Below are positions 38,601-51,418 of a stretch of 64,000 nt of DNA, one piece after another. A model generated the notes under the pieces. That model was not told where the DNA came from and searched no databases. It saw only the letters and a list, made by a program, of their open reading frames with translations. The position numbers and the translations under genes were made by a program. Every line of letters begins with the position of its first letter. The stretch's first letter is position 1. Source of the DNA: the human T2T-CHM13v2.0 reference genome, Homo sapiens; assembly GCF_009914755.1 (NCBI RefSeq), contig NC_060942.1. One strand, 5' to 3'.

Positions 38601-41094
38601 ACTGATTTGTTTTACTATATGGCAGATTTTTCAAACATCCTAATAGATAATATTTTTTTAAAAGGGGAGTATTCAGAGACCAAATAAAGGACTGGCTTAG
38701 ATAAAATTCAGTGCTTTTTTTTTCTTTCAGCAGCAGCCTCTAGTGTCCTCCTCCCAGGGACTGATGGTTAGCCGGTTCCCAAGGACACAGAGGGATCTGA
38801 CTGGTCAGTGTCCCTGCTATATTGGTTAGTAAATATTATCACCCCCACTCACAGGTGCTTGATTCTCCAAGAAAGGGAGTAGCATTTTCCAAACTCATTT
38901 GGCCCCTAACCCCTCTGTCAAGGAGACTGCTGCTGTGTTTGGAGTATTAGGAAGACAAACTTTGACAAGGGCTGCCTAAGAGGGTGAAAGGACAATAGCA
39001 GGGCATTGGCAAGAGGGGCAGCATTGGTGCCTGTGGTGCAGGGCAGGGGAGACGACCAGAGGTCAAAGGCTGTTTCTAGACATCTATGCAAACATAGAGA
39101 CCACTGGGTATGTCCTGATCCTAGATTCCACCAAGAGGGCTGGAGACTCATTGGCAATACTATCTGTGACTACTGCGGCCACACAGAATCTATGACATGC
39201 AACCGTCAGGTGAGAGAGAACGCCAGGAGAAAGAGAAAGGACATGAAGGAGGAAGTGGGGTAGACAGACACTTGTCTTGCAGAAAGAGCGCTCCATGAAG
39301 CCAAGCAAGATTCTCCTGACACCAGAGTTGGCTCAGAGCAAGAGGGGGAGCAAGCCGCACTGGCGGCTGGGAGTGGTGGCCGGCAGAGCACACGCAAGGA
39401 AGTGAGGACTTTTTTCTACCTGAATAAAGCAGCTGGTGAGGAAGTGACTCCATTTCCCCCCTTATCATCGGCTCGGCAGGATTTCCTCCACAGCCACATT
39501 GTGCTGAATGAGTCTAGAGGGTTCCGTCTGCAGAGCAGTGTGGCTTTGGCAGCTGCATGCTTGCTTCTGTCCCCTGTGACTCTTCCTCCCGCACCCTCCC
39601 TTTACTCCCAAAATATTGTTTCCGGGTTTGGGGGAAAAGGAAAGGGAAAAAAATAACCCTTGAGCATATAACTGAAGGACACACAGCTGCCTGGGCCGGA
39701 GATGGTGAAGAGGCACGGGAGCGTGAGAAGCACAAGGATTTGCCTTCCTCCAGGCTGGCGAAGGCTGCTCCCCAAAGCCATCTCCAGTGCCTGGGGGTTG
39801 ATCTTGGAGGAACTCTGGGTCCAGGGGGAGGGGCTGGTTGAAACATGGGCCAATGACATTCGTGAAACCTAATCTCCATGTCATTTGGATGTAACAAGAA
39901 ACCTGCTGGAGACATGGCAGGAGATGAAAAACCCAAACAAAACAAAAACAAAACTTGCCCGCTTACCACAGTTGGTCCAGGGAAGTTCTGGTGTGTTCTG
40001 TTATGCAAATTTAGCTAAGAATGCAAATCAGGCAGGGGCCCTCAGGAGCTGGGGAGGCTGAAAAATGAGAAGCCCAAATGGGTGCTTCCTTTCTCTGGCA
40101 TTATTTTCACAGTTTGAAAATAATGTGCAAAGATGGCTTATGCCATGGGCCAGGGCAGAGGAAGCTTGGCCCCAACCACCTGCTAATGGAGACTTCAGCC
40201 GGAGCTGGCTATTCCAGAGATGGACCTCAGAGGATTCCTTAGTCTAATTACCTTCTGGGCTGGGGTAGAAGATGGTGTCTGGAGGGAAGCACAGAACCAA
40301 GTTCCCTACTGCCGCACTAGCTATGCAAATACTGCAGGGCACCTGTGGGCTCATGTCCCTCCTGCAAGAAGGTGTGGTCAGTCCAGTAATTCAAAAGACG
40401 TACTTCTGAAATAGGTGGAGAAATGCATTTATAGCAAAAAGTGCTAAAAATATGTTAATAGTTATGCTATTTGGTTCACCAGGTTAGTGTAATAAACCAT
40501 AACAAGAGAGACTAAAGGCCGTATCTATATGACCTTGAAATCTCATCTTCAGCGGGCTTATTCATTCAGTAACCAAACTATTTTTGTAAGGTGCTGAGTA
40601 TTTAGCTTAAAGCTAAATAAGACACATGCCCTGCCCTATAGTAACTGCTTGGTAATATTCCCAGTGGCTTCCATGGGCCTGATAATTTTCTTAGTACTGA
40701 ATTCAAAGCACTTTGTGTCTTGTCTGCAGGCCCATTTGCCCAGCAGTGGCCTTGCCAGGAGAGAACAGGCCCATGCTCCTGTCCTCATTTTAAGGCACAC
40801 CTGAAGAGGCCCTAAAGAAAGGGCCTATATACACACAGGCCTCAGTCACCTGCTTTCCAGTGTTTTGGCTTTAAAACGAAGTTTCTTCATTTTTCTTCCT
40901 ACCTTCCTCATTCCATTACCTTCTTTTGGCTAGAGCTTCCGAGGGCCCTGCCTGTTGTGGTGCTCAGCCCTCTCTTGTTTTGGGCTTATGCTATTTCACT
41001 GTTTCGGGGGGAAGTATCAAGCATAAAGTGACAAACTTAACACTTTTATGATATTGTGTTGGACATGAAAATATGTCCAGCAAAAAACTTAATT

Positions 41095-41978
41095 ATTATA
41101 ACTCAACAATAAAAACGTAAGTAGCTAAATTTTAAAAAAGGCCAAAGGATTCTGGTAGACATTTTACCAGTGAAGGTACACAAATGGCCAGTAAGTGCAT
41201 GAAGAGATGCTTCACTATCATTAGTCATTAGGGAAATGCAAATCGAAACCACAAGGAGAGATCACATCCACTAGAGTGGCTCTAATTTTAAAAATAGATA
41301 ATAACAAGTGTTGGCAAGGATGTTGAGAAATTGAAACCCCTGCACATGACTGGTGGGAATGTAAACTGGTGCAGCCATTGTGGGAAAACAGTTTGCTGAT
41401 TCCTCAAAGAGTTAAACAGAGTCACCACATGACCCAGCAATTCAACTCCTAGTACACCCAAAGGAATTGAAATTGCACGTTCACACGAAAACTTGTACAC
41501 AAATGTTCACATCAGCATTATTCATAATAGCCAAAAGTGGAAATGACCCAAATATCCACTAACTGATGAACAAATAAACAAAATGTGGTCTACCCACATA
41601 ATGGAATCTTACAACTCAGCCAAAAAAAGGAGCGAAGCATTGACACATGCAACAACATGGATGACCCTCAAAAACATGAGGCCAAGTGAAGGATCCAGGC
41701 ACAAAGGCCACCCACTGTCTATGAGTCCATTGACATGCAATGTCCAAAATAGGCAAGGCCATCAAGACAAAAAGTGGATTAGAGGTTCCCAGGAGATGGG
41801 GAGACGGGGAGACTAGGGAGTCATTGCTAATGGGTACAGGGCTTCTTTTTGGAGTGATGGAAAAGTTCTGGAATTAGCTAAGGGTGATGGCTGTATAACC
41901 TTTTGAATATGCTAAAAACCAATGCGCTGATCACTTTAAATGGAATTTTATGGCACGTGAACTATATCCCAATAAAAG
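41095..41978 (+). mobile_element. L1MB-type LINE-1 3' fragment
   Basis: L1 ORF2 end and 3'UTR motifs (ATTAGGGAAATGCAAATC.AAACCACA, GACCCAGCAATTC.ACTCCTAG, CAACATGGATGA.CCTCAAAAACAT), ending in AATAAA. Confidence 0.88.
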
Positions 41979-44900
41979 AGCTTAATTATGTTCCTTACAC
42001 GACATGAAGAGGGACTAAACTATTTTTATACCATATGGAATTCCACAGAAGTACTGGCTTGTGATGGATCCTCGGCTCACAAGTGTAATGAGGAATGAGA
42101 CGCTGCTGGTTAGAAAATGTGCACCACTGTCATTCTCCAAAAGAAAAAAAGGAAGAACTGTAGTAGGAGGTGGCATGGTTTGTGTTCTGGATGAGAAGTT
42201 AGGGGTCGGATGCATGAGCAGCAATCGGGGCACTCCTACTTGTAAGGTGAGCAGCTCACTTCACCCCTGGGACCTTCAATTTTCCTCATCTGAAAACTCC
42301 GCCGTAGCGAACCTCTAAGAAGTCTCTCTCCGCTCTACCATCTGGGCTTACCTAGTTAGTGACCTTATTCTTCACCCTTTCTCGTGCATCCTTGAGGATG
42401 TGACTTGGGTTCTGTTGGTGCGTGCCAGAGCTGTGTTACTGTAACTATTGCAGAGGATCTCCTGCTTCCTCTCTGTGTGGTCCATCTCTTCCATCCGCCA
42501 CTTCTCCACTGCTCTTCTCCCCACCTGGCCTCAGACCCTCCTGCTGTGAGTTAGGAGGAGGCCTTTCTTGGCACAGCACTGAAGCTGTGACCTCTGATGT
42601 GCCTCTGTGCTTCCAATCTCTTTGCTTTTATGAGCATAATCCAAGTTATTTGTCCCAGACCCCAACCCCCATATGCCCACAAAGCCCTCTGCCTCTCATG
42701 CCAGTTTTAATTAGAACTGGTGACATCAGTGTGGCTTAAAGTAGGGAGCAGGTGGGAAGCTCTGATTATATTCAATACCGAACAGGACTCTCCACTGCCT
42801 GACAGGGGCTGGGGATTCCACAGGCAGACTGGCGTTTGGAATAGATCCACCAACTCTTTTTTCTTGGGATCTGGAGCCACACATGTGGCTCTCCTCCCCA
42901 CCCCACGCCACTGTCCATACCTGTCTCCGTATGTGAGTAGAACATAATCACTGTGTGCTCCACAGGGATTGGCGACAGGCAAATATGCTCTACTTGTCGG
43001 TCATGATTTGGGCCAAGCGTGCCGTGGCTCCTGTACCTGCCATGTGACTCGTGAACACGGGGCATGGCCCAGGCTGCCTCCCTCTATTTTTGTCACTGCA
43101 AGAGTTAATTCATGAAAATACGCCAAAAATGGGAACTGAAAGCAGATGCTTGTTAAGTTCTGCAGCTTGGCCTAATCGCTGTCATCAGGACATCGCTGCT
43201 GGGGGCAGTGAGGGGAGGGAGTCCTTCATTTATTAAACGTGGAGGGCCAGAGTTAGGGGCCAAATGTTTGGTTTTCACTTGTTTAAATCAGTAAGTGTTG
43301 ACTGAGGCTGGTGGTGTGGGGAGTACAAAGAACCTGCATGTCCTAATAGGAATTTGCTGAAAGTGGCCTCAGACCTGGAGGAGGGTATGTAGAAGAAAAA
43401 GAGCAAAGCAGACTAGGCTGGAGGATGCGGCATCCTCAGCCAGCTGGGCACTGCCAGCCTCCAGCCCTGCCTTGTCTGGCACTTGCTTTTTGGGACTGGT
43501 TAAGAAATCAGCCTGGGCATCTTTTCTGGAAGCTCCACACTGCATTAGCTCCAGGGAGCCCTGATGACCTACCGCAGGCCCAGACATCTGTCGAGGACCA
43601 GATGCACCCCGGATGGTGCTGGTTCTGTTGTTCTTGGTTTGGGGCAGGTAAGTCACAAATGGCTGAAACTTCACAGCCTGCTTACATCCCACTCAAAAGC
43701 ACCCCAACGTATAATAGTCTTACTCAGATCCCAGCTCCCCAGTTCTGCAGCTCAATGGGTCATTCTGTGACCGTCAAAGTGACTGCGATGATCCTCTGAG
43801 AAGCCCATGGGAGAGGCTTCTTATCCACACCATCAATCTACCGATCAGGAAGAGAAGAACAATTACATCCTCTGTGCTCTGGGGGACAAGGGGAGCTGAC
43901 GGATGGTGGTGAACTCCTCAGTGAGCTCCATATGGGCATGCTAAGAAAAATCTGCTTTCATTTTGTAGTTTATGATTTAGTTCAGTTCACCTGGAAAGAC
44001 TCAACATGAATAAAACCAGATGCATTTCAAGGAACACTGCTTGGCTCTTTGACAATCCTCTTCCTTCCTCATCAGACAGTCTTCCTGTGCCCAGGGAAGA
44101 CAGCAGACCTCTCTATCACAAGGAAAATGCAGTCTCTGTCAGTGGCAGCAGCTGTTAGTACCAGGACAGGTAAATGGTGGGCCAGGTCAGCCTGTGGTTC
44201 TGGATCCTGGCTCATTAACATATGGACAAGATACGCTGGCGTGGCCTCTCATCTGAATAGCTGTTTACGGCGAAGGACCTCTGACAGTATGCTTTCTGTT
44301 GCAAGAAGGATACTGCTGTATATAGAACTAGAGAGAGAAGCAAAAACAGAAACTCAGAGAGAGAAACGGGAGACCCAGAGACCCAGAAAGACAAAGAGAA
44401 AGAGAAAAAGAGAAGCTGAAAGCAATCATGGATGAGTTTTAAGTGAGTGGAGGGGCTGAAATATCTTCCATCAGCACAACCTACAGGGGCACAGTTGACA
44501 GCTGGCTGACCTGACCCAAGGACACGCTCTCACAGTGAAGCCAGTGAAGCTGGCCTCCTGGGGGCAGGAGCAAGGTCAGAACACTACACGTGCCCACTGT
44601 ACAAGGCCTGTCAGCATTGTCAGCAGTGGGCACTTAACACGAGAAAAGTCGTGCCCCTGGGAGATCCACTTCCAAGGCAACTGTCACTTCCCGTCAAACG
44701 CTCAGGACCGGTCAGACACTTTTGCAGCTTGCAGCGGCGAGCCTGGGGGACCCTGCCTGCAGAAGGGATGCAAGTATGTGCTGGCTGCATTGCAAATGGA
44801 ATTTGAACTGTGCTACGGGGCCTTTATACACCGACTATTCCTCAGGCAAAAATGGCAGAGCCAGAATATTCCAGGTGGGACTGGCAGCTGAGTGGTCAGT

Positions 44901-47900
44901 GGCCATGCCTATGCATGTGTAGCACTGGCAGAACCTTGCTGCCATTGCAGAAACCTTGGAGCGAGTTGGCTCAGGTTGCATTCAGGGATGCAAACATTTA
45001 CTGACCGCCTGAGTTGCACACAGCATTGTGCAGAGTGCTGCAGGGGAGATAGTGAGCTTGACTCCATGACAATGAGCTCCTTAAGGCAGGACATCATGCT
45101 CATCACCCAAATCAGGTACTCAGTAAACGCTCTTCCAATGGGATGACTCAGAGATATGCACACCTAAGGTCGTAGGAATAAGCTCAAGTTTGGGCTGGTG
45201 AAGGCTTCAAGAGAAATTTTAGGTCAAGCAAATTGCTATTTCCACTGAGGAAACCCCTTGGCCAATCTTGGATCCACAGGCAACATGTTTTTCATAGTAT
45301 AATTGGCGCTAACTTTGGATAGCTCGTTTTAGCTCTTTCTTTCCTCTAGCTTTGATCTATCTTTTGGACATATCTGAATCGAGCAATCCAACCATAGGCA
45401 AACCACTTTAAAAAGTATTTATTTAGCATCTACTTCTGGCTAGGCACTAAATCTGGGATGACAAGAGATATTTAACTGTGGTGCCAAAGCCCATTAAGGT
45501 GGCTTTTACAAACAACTCTAGACAGAAGAGACTGCCATCAGAAAGGTCACACAACTTGCTCAAAGTCACTCAGCTCATTGCAGCAAAGCCGGGGTTCGAA
45601 TCCAGGACTATATGACTGCCAGGCATGTACCTTTTCAACTATATTTTGCTTCTCCCAAAGGAAGCAGAAAAGACATACAAGATCCAACTCCGGCTCCCCC
45701 GGAGCAATAAATATGAGAGGCTAAACAGGAAGTCCCGAGGAGTGACAGGGAACGCTCAAGAAATGTACCAAGAGTGTTTAAGATGGGCTGGAAGGCGGAC
45801 AGAAAGTGAGACAGGAGCTGAGGCCTCAGGACTTCAAATAAAAGCAAGAAAACCAAGGATGGTGTTTCAGGGCAAGGAAGTGGCATGGGAGTTTGGGGCC
45901 ACCCTGGTGGGTCCTAAAGCAAGCCGGTGTATGCCGTCAGGGGTGAGTCAGAGCGAATGGGGCCACATCAACAGAAAGAAGACCCTGTGACCATGGAGAA
46001 ACCACCAGTCACAGGACCTTCCCCATCACCCCCGCCCCCGCCGCCCTGGGCACTGTGCAAGGCTGGATCCCACGGGAACGTGTGCGGCACACTCTGGAAG
46101 CCCTTGACTGTGGTCTGGCCCTGTTGCTAGGGCTGCACGTGCCATCTCAAGAGTATTTTAAAATGTTGTATGATATAGACTCAAATCCCCAAAGAGAAAT
46201 TCTTTCCATATTATTCAGGAAAAGCCCTCCTATTTACAGGGCTGCTTCACAGGGAATTCTAGAATGTGAAAGAGAACAAAATTTCCTTGAGTCACAAAAA
46301 CAAATCCAACTTGAGGCCTAATTTAGAATATTAAAATATGTGGCCCCAGAGCTTCCACAGTGGCAACTGGATTTTGATCCTTTCAAGTGATCAGCTCAAC
46401 TATTCTTGCTGGACCAAAAGTGGTTGTGTCTGCAACGTGCATGAACAAGAGTGGCTCCACACCACGGACAGAGCATAAGCCCTCAAAGAAGAGACCCAGG
46501 GGGATACAGGGGGCTTCCCTGGCCACTCGCCCCACTGCCCAAGAGATCCAGGGGGTGGGGGGGCTTCTCTGGGCCGCTCGCCCCACTGCCCCGTCACCTG
46601 CTTCTTGCATGGTCTCTCTCCTCCTGGAGGCACCCCTCGTGACTCCTCATGACTGGAAACAGCTTTTCTCTACTCACATTTAAAAAATCTTCATAATTTA
46701 ACAAAGGCAGATACCTTTAAATTCCTAGGAACCTACCTGCCAAGTGTTTTACAAGAACCTAGCTCTGCTCACCAAGCATTTAATCCTTTAATGTTCGATG
46801 TGTTACTGGAAGGCCAGAAGTTTGCAAGGCAAGTTTGTGATTGTTGCAGTCAGACCCAACAAGCCAAACACTTTCTTTCAGCATTTTGGCAGTTGCATGC
46901 TGAGAGGGAATGTGTTCAGTGCAACATCTCTAATACACCAAATTAAAGATGAACAAACAAAAAAGCAGAATCACAGCATCCTTCATGCACAGTGACTATA
47001 AGCTCAGCTCTGTCCTCAGCACACAGGATGCCCAAGACCCTGCTCTGTGGGGTAGCTGAACAGCGAGGAGTTGGTGGGAGACAAAAAATGGCTGGACACG
47101 GCCCAGGTCCCCAAGATCCCCCAAACCTCTCTCCCCTGCCTTCACTATAACCCAGACAGGACTCCCGTCCTATCTCCCAAATCCCTTTTCCCTGCCAAAA
47201 TTCCCTTTATTTTTTTCTCCTTCACTTTGTCCTTTGCTTTCCTGTTCCCTCCTTGTCTTGCATTTTATCAGCTGAAGTTCATTCCTCAGCTCCGATCCCC
47301 ACAACCCGTTCTCCATTTGCCTGTTGTAGTCTAGGACAGAAAACTCAGAGCCTGAATTTCCTGGAAGACACTAATTCCCCACTCCCTCAGATACATAAAG
47401 AAATTAAGTGTTGGCCGAGTGAAACAAGTGAGACTTCTGCAGCCGCAGCCAGGGCTTGGCCATAGCTGCGAGGGACCTTCCAGCCCGCCTCCTGGCAGAA
47501 GGACGCTGGTCGTGGACACTGATGGGGAAATGGCGGCTGTCCCTGAGCCCCCCAAGAAATGGAGCGAGGTAACTAGAGGCAGTGTGGTTACCATTTGACC
47601 GTGGAAGTCTGACAGGACGCCAGGCCTGCGATCCACGCTGGAGTCAGCCAGAGGCCCGCTCTACAAGCCTCCTTTAACCCTTGAGGAGTTAAATGCTGGC
47701 ATTGTGGTTATGGGACAACTGGAGAGGGATTTGTGTTGGATAAAGGAGCAGAATAAAAACGTCTAAATTTCATCTTTTCTTTGTGTGTTTTCACCTCTGC
47801 CAAATTCTTGGAATTCTTATGTCTTACAATTTTATGTGCTTTTCATTTCCGTTTGAACCAGAAACATCATTTAAATGTCTTTGGAGGTAATCCTAACCTA

Positions 47901-50297
47901 CTGAAACACCCCGAGAAACTGTGAAAAAAGTATTAGGATCACGCCTGGTGGGTTTTAAGAAATTTTTGATCCCCAGGCATAAGTTCATGGTTGATGGAAT
48001 ATAGATTCAAACAGGTATGTTTTACTAACTTGGTACACCACCTGAAGAAAGTGATTTTATTAAGGGTAACTTTAAATGCGAAAAAAATAATTTCACTGCC
48101 ATCATGTCTACAATACCTTTTGGCGAGAAAACAAGAATTCGGAGCTTTTAATGTTTGGCAATGGAACACATCCTTTGGAGGGGAGGAGTCCCAGGAGAGC
48201 TCAACCCCTGGCTCTGAAGCTCATCATGTTATCCTAGATTTATAACCGGATAAGCTGGTCTGTTCTGATGTCTTGGTTCTATCACAAGCCACACAATGGC
48301 AAGCTGTGGGGTCTGAGTGTCGACGCACCCTTTCTCAGTTCCTCCACTTGTGGTCCAGGGATTCACCTTTCCAGGCTTTGAGAGCCTCATTTGTAACAGG
48401 AAGAGATGCCCCATGGTCCTCTAAAGGTCCTTGGTGACACTCAAGTGACATCACTTTTAGATTCTGGGACTCCGTTTTATGTTTGTGCATCAAAAGCAGG
48501 GAGGATGAAAAGGGTTTGATACAGTTGGGGCACTGGGAGAAACAGGTGCCTGCAGCCCTGCTGGCTTGCATTCAAAGTCGCAATGTGCCATCACATTTAT
48601 TACCGGTGCAAATAGAGGCTTGAATCCTAGAGGGGATTTTACTAGAAGAAGCCGGGACGTGACCTGCCGTAATATAGAAGCTAGGAATGTTCTTGATATT
48701 CTAGACATCAAAAGAAACACAAGCCAAAATCTTCATGGCACCAGACATTAGAATCCCAGGCAGGGTTTGTAAAGTCCCAACTATTTCTGCTTAAGAATCT
48801 ACCCAAGAGATACTCCGACAGCTCAAATGGCATGAAAAACATATTCCAATAACACTGAGATGATTTTATGAAAAATTAAGGGATGTCTTCTCTGGATGTG
48901 TCCTACTTCTCAGCCATAAACAATATCCATTATTTATGGTAACTTTTGATGATAAGTTAATACCCCAACCAAAGGAGTTTATGGTTTTCATCCCTATTCC
49001 TCGGGCAATGGAACCATACATCACTCAAGATTACAGTGTTATTCCCTTTGGATGCCCCCAGGAGATATTTCTTGTATCTCCTAGAATACCCTCTTGAACC
49101 AAAAGTTTCCACATTTAAGTCTTTTCTCAGAATGTTTCATTCTCCATGCCCGACCCCTCCCTGCTTGGAAAATGCAGAGAAAATCCATCAGTCATTTTTG
49201 GGTTATCAGACTGTGACAAATTTGTTTTTCAAGCTTCAGAAGATTGTTGAACTGCGCTTCCCCGCTCCCCCCCATTTCAGATAACTCAAAACTGGTTTGG
49301 ATCCGTGACATCAACCTTGGCATGTATGAAGAACGAGGAATGAGGACTTTGCCTTGTTTGGAACCAAAAGAGAAGAATATCCATTTTCTCTCTCTCTCTC
49401 TTTTCCATTTTTATTAAGTCAGTATTTTTTCCTTTTAGCCAGATGATGTATACTTTTAACATTCCAGGAAAAAAGTGTCAGTGATATGCGAGTCATAATA
49501 AAAGAAAATCAAAAGAAATGCAATTACAAGGGACAGGGAACTGTATCATTTTTAATATAAAATGCCCAGATGAAAATCTAATTTAAAAAATTACCAGCAC
49601 CATATAAATGAGAAAAGAATATAAGAAAACATTTGTTATTTTAAAAATTAGCTTAATCCTTAATCTTTCTGGCTCTTGGACTTTCAACTTTATTTTTAAA
49701 GGCCAAAAATGGTCTTTCGGTGCTGGATCAGGAGTAAACCTCTCAATGATGCAATGAGATACTGTGAAGTGGCAACGAATTTCCCTGGCCTCTGGCCTGC
49801 TGCCTGGAATGTAGTAGGAAAAAAAAAAAAAGTTGTTAAATAAAAACAGTGAACAAACAGGATGAAATAATAACCTTCTCATTCTCCTTATTATAGAGGT
49901 ATCTATTACAAACAAAAACAAATATTCACATGGCACGCTGTTGTTGAGAAAGTGCTTCCATATAGATCATCTAGTGTGGTCCTCCCAACAAGCCACAGAT
50001 AAGTTATTACTGCTGTCACCCCTCTTTTAGAGATGACCAAGAATACGTAACTTTTCCAAGGACACCTAGTTAATCAATTATGAAACCAGAACTCAAACCC
50101 AGAATTCTGACATAAAATATCCTGCCTTTCCACTCAATCACGCGGCCTCCCTAAATGTAGCTATGACTCCCAGCTAAACGGGCCTGCCCAGAGCCACGAA
50201 GTCATAAGTGTGCATGGAGCAGCGACGTGCTTATGCTGACACCTCTGTCTCTTTGATAACGTTTACATTATGAGAAAAGAATCAAGCTCATTTATGT

Positions 50298-50608
50298 CAG
50301 CAGTCCACAACCTTTTTGGCACCAGGGACGTGTTTTGTGGAGGACAATTTTTCCACGAATGGGGTGGGGGATCATTTCAGGATGAAACTGTTCCAACACA
50401 GATCATCAGGCATTCGGTTCCCATAAGGAGCACACAACCTAGATCCCTTGTGGGCACAGTTCACAATAGGGTTTGCACTCCTAGGAAAACCTAATGTCGC
50501 CACTGATCTGACAGGAGCCGGAGCTCAGGCAGTGATGCTCGCCAGCTGCTCACCTCCTGCTGTGCGGCCCTGTTCCTAACAGGCCACAGACCCATACCGG
50601 TCCCGGGC
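50298..50608. mobile_element. MER1B (hAT-Charlie)
   Basis: CAACCTTTTTGGCACCAGGGAC..TTTTGTGGA.GACAATTTTTCCACG...CAACCTAGATCCCT...GTTCCTAACAGGCCAC. Confidence 0.85.
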
Positions 50609-51001
50609 TATATGTATAAGTTGCAACTGTTGGCTGGTGCCAGACGACTTTCGCTTGTTCTGTCTCTGTTTCTCTTCTAGCCCAGGGAGATGTCATTCTG
50701 TTACCCTCAACCCATGTGAGGGGAAGCTGGAACTATTCACGTATTTACAGGGAGAGTCCGAATAATCATGCAGTAACCCAGCCTTCCTTTCAAACTCTTT
50801 GCTTGATGTAATCGCCAATTTTCATTTCAGGCCTGAAAAATAACACTGTTATGACAGTGACCGGCAGATGATTAACAGTGAAGAAGAGAGGAGATGTCAC
50901 TAATAATATTGATTTTTAACCCTTTCTCTAGTTTTTGTTTGGAACAAACACAGTGCTTAATTATATGGCTCTCTACAGAAAGGGTTCTCCTGACATGAGG
51001 C

Positions 51002-51418
<417 letters not shown>

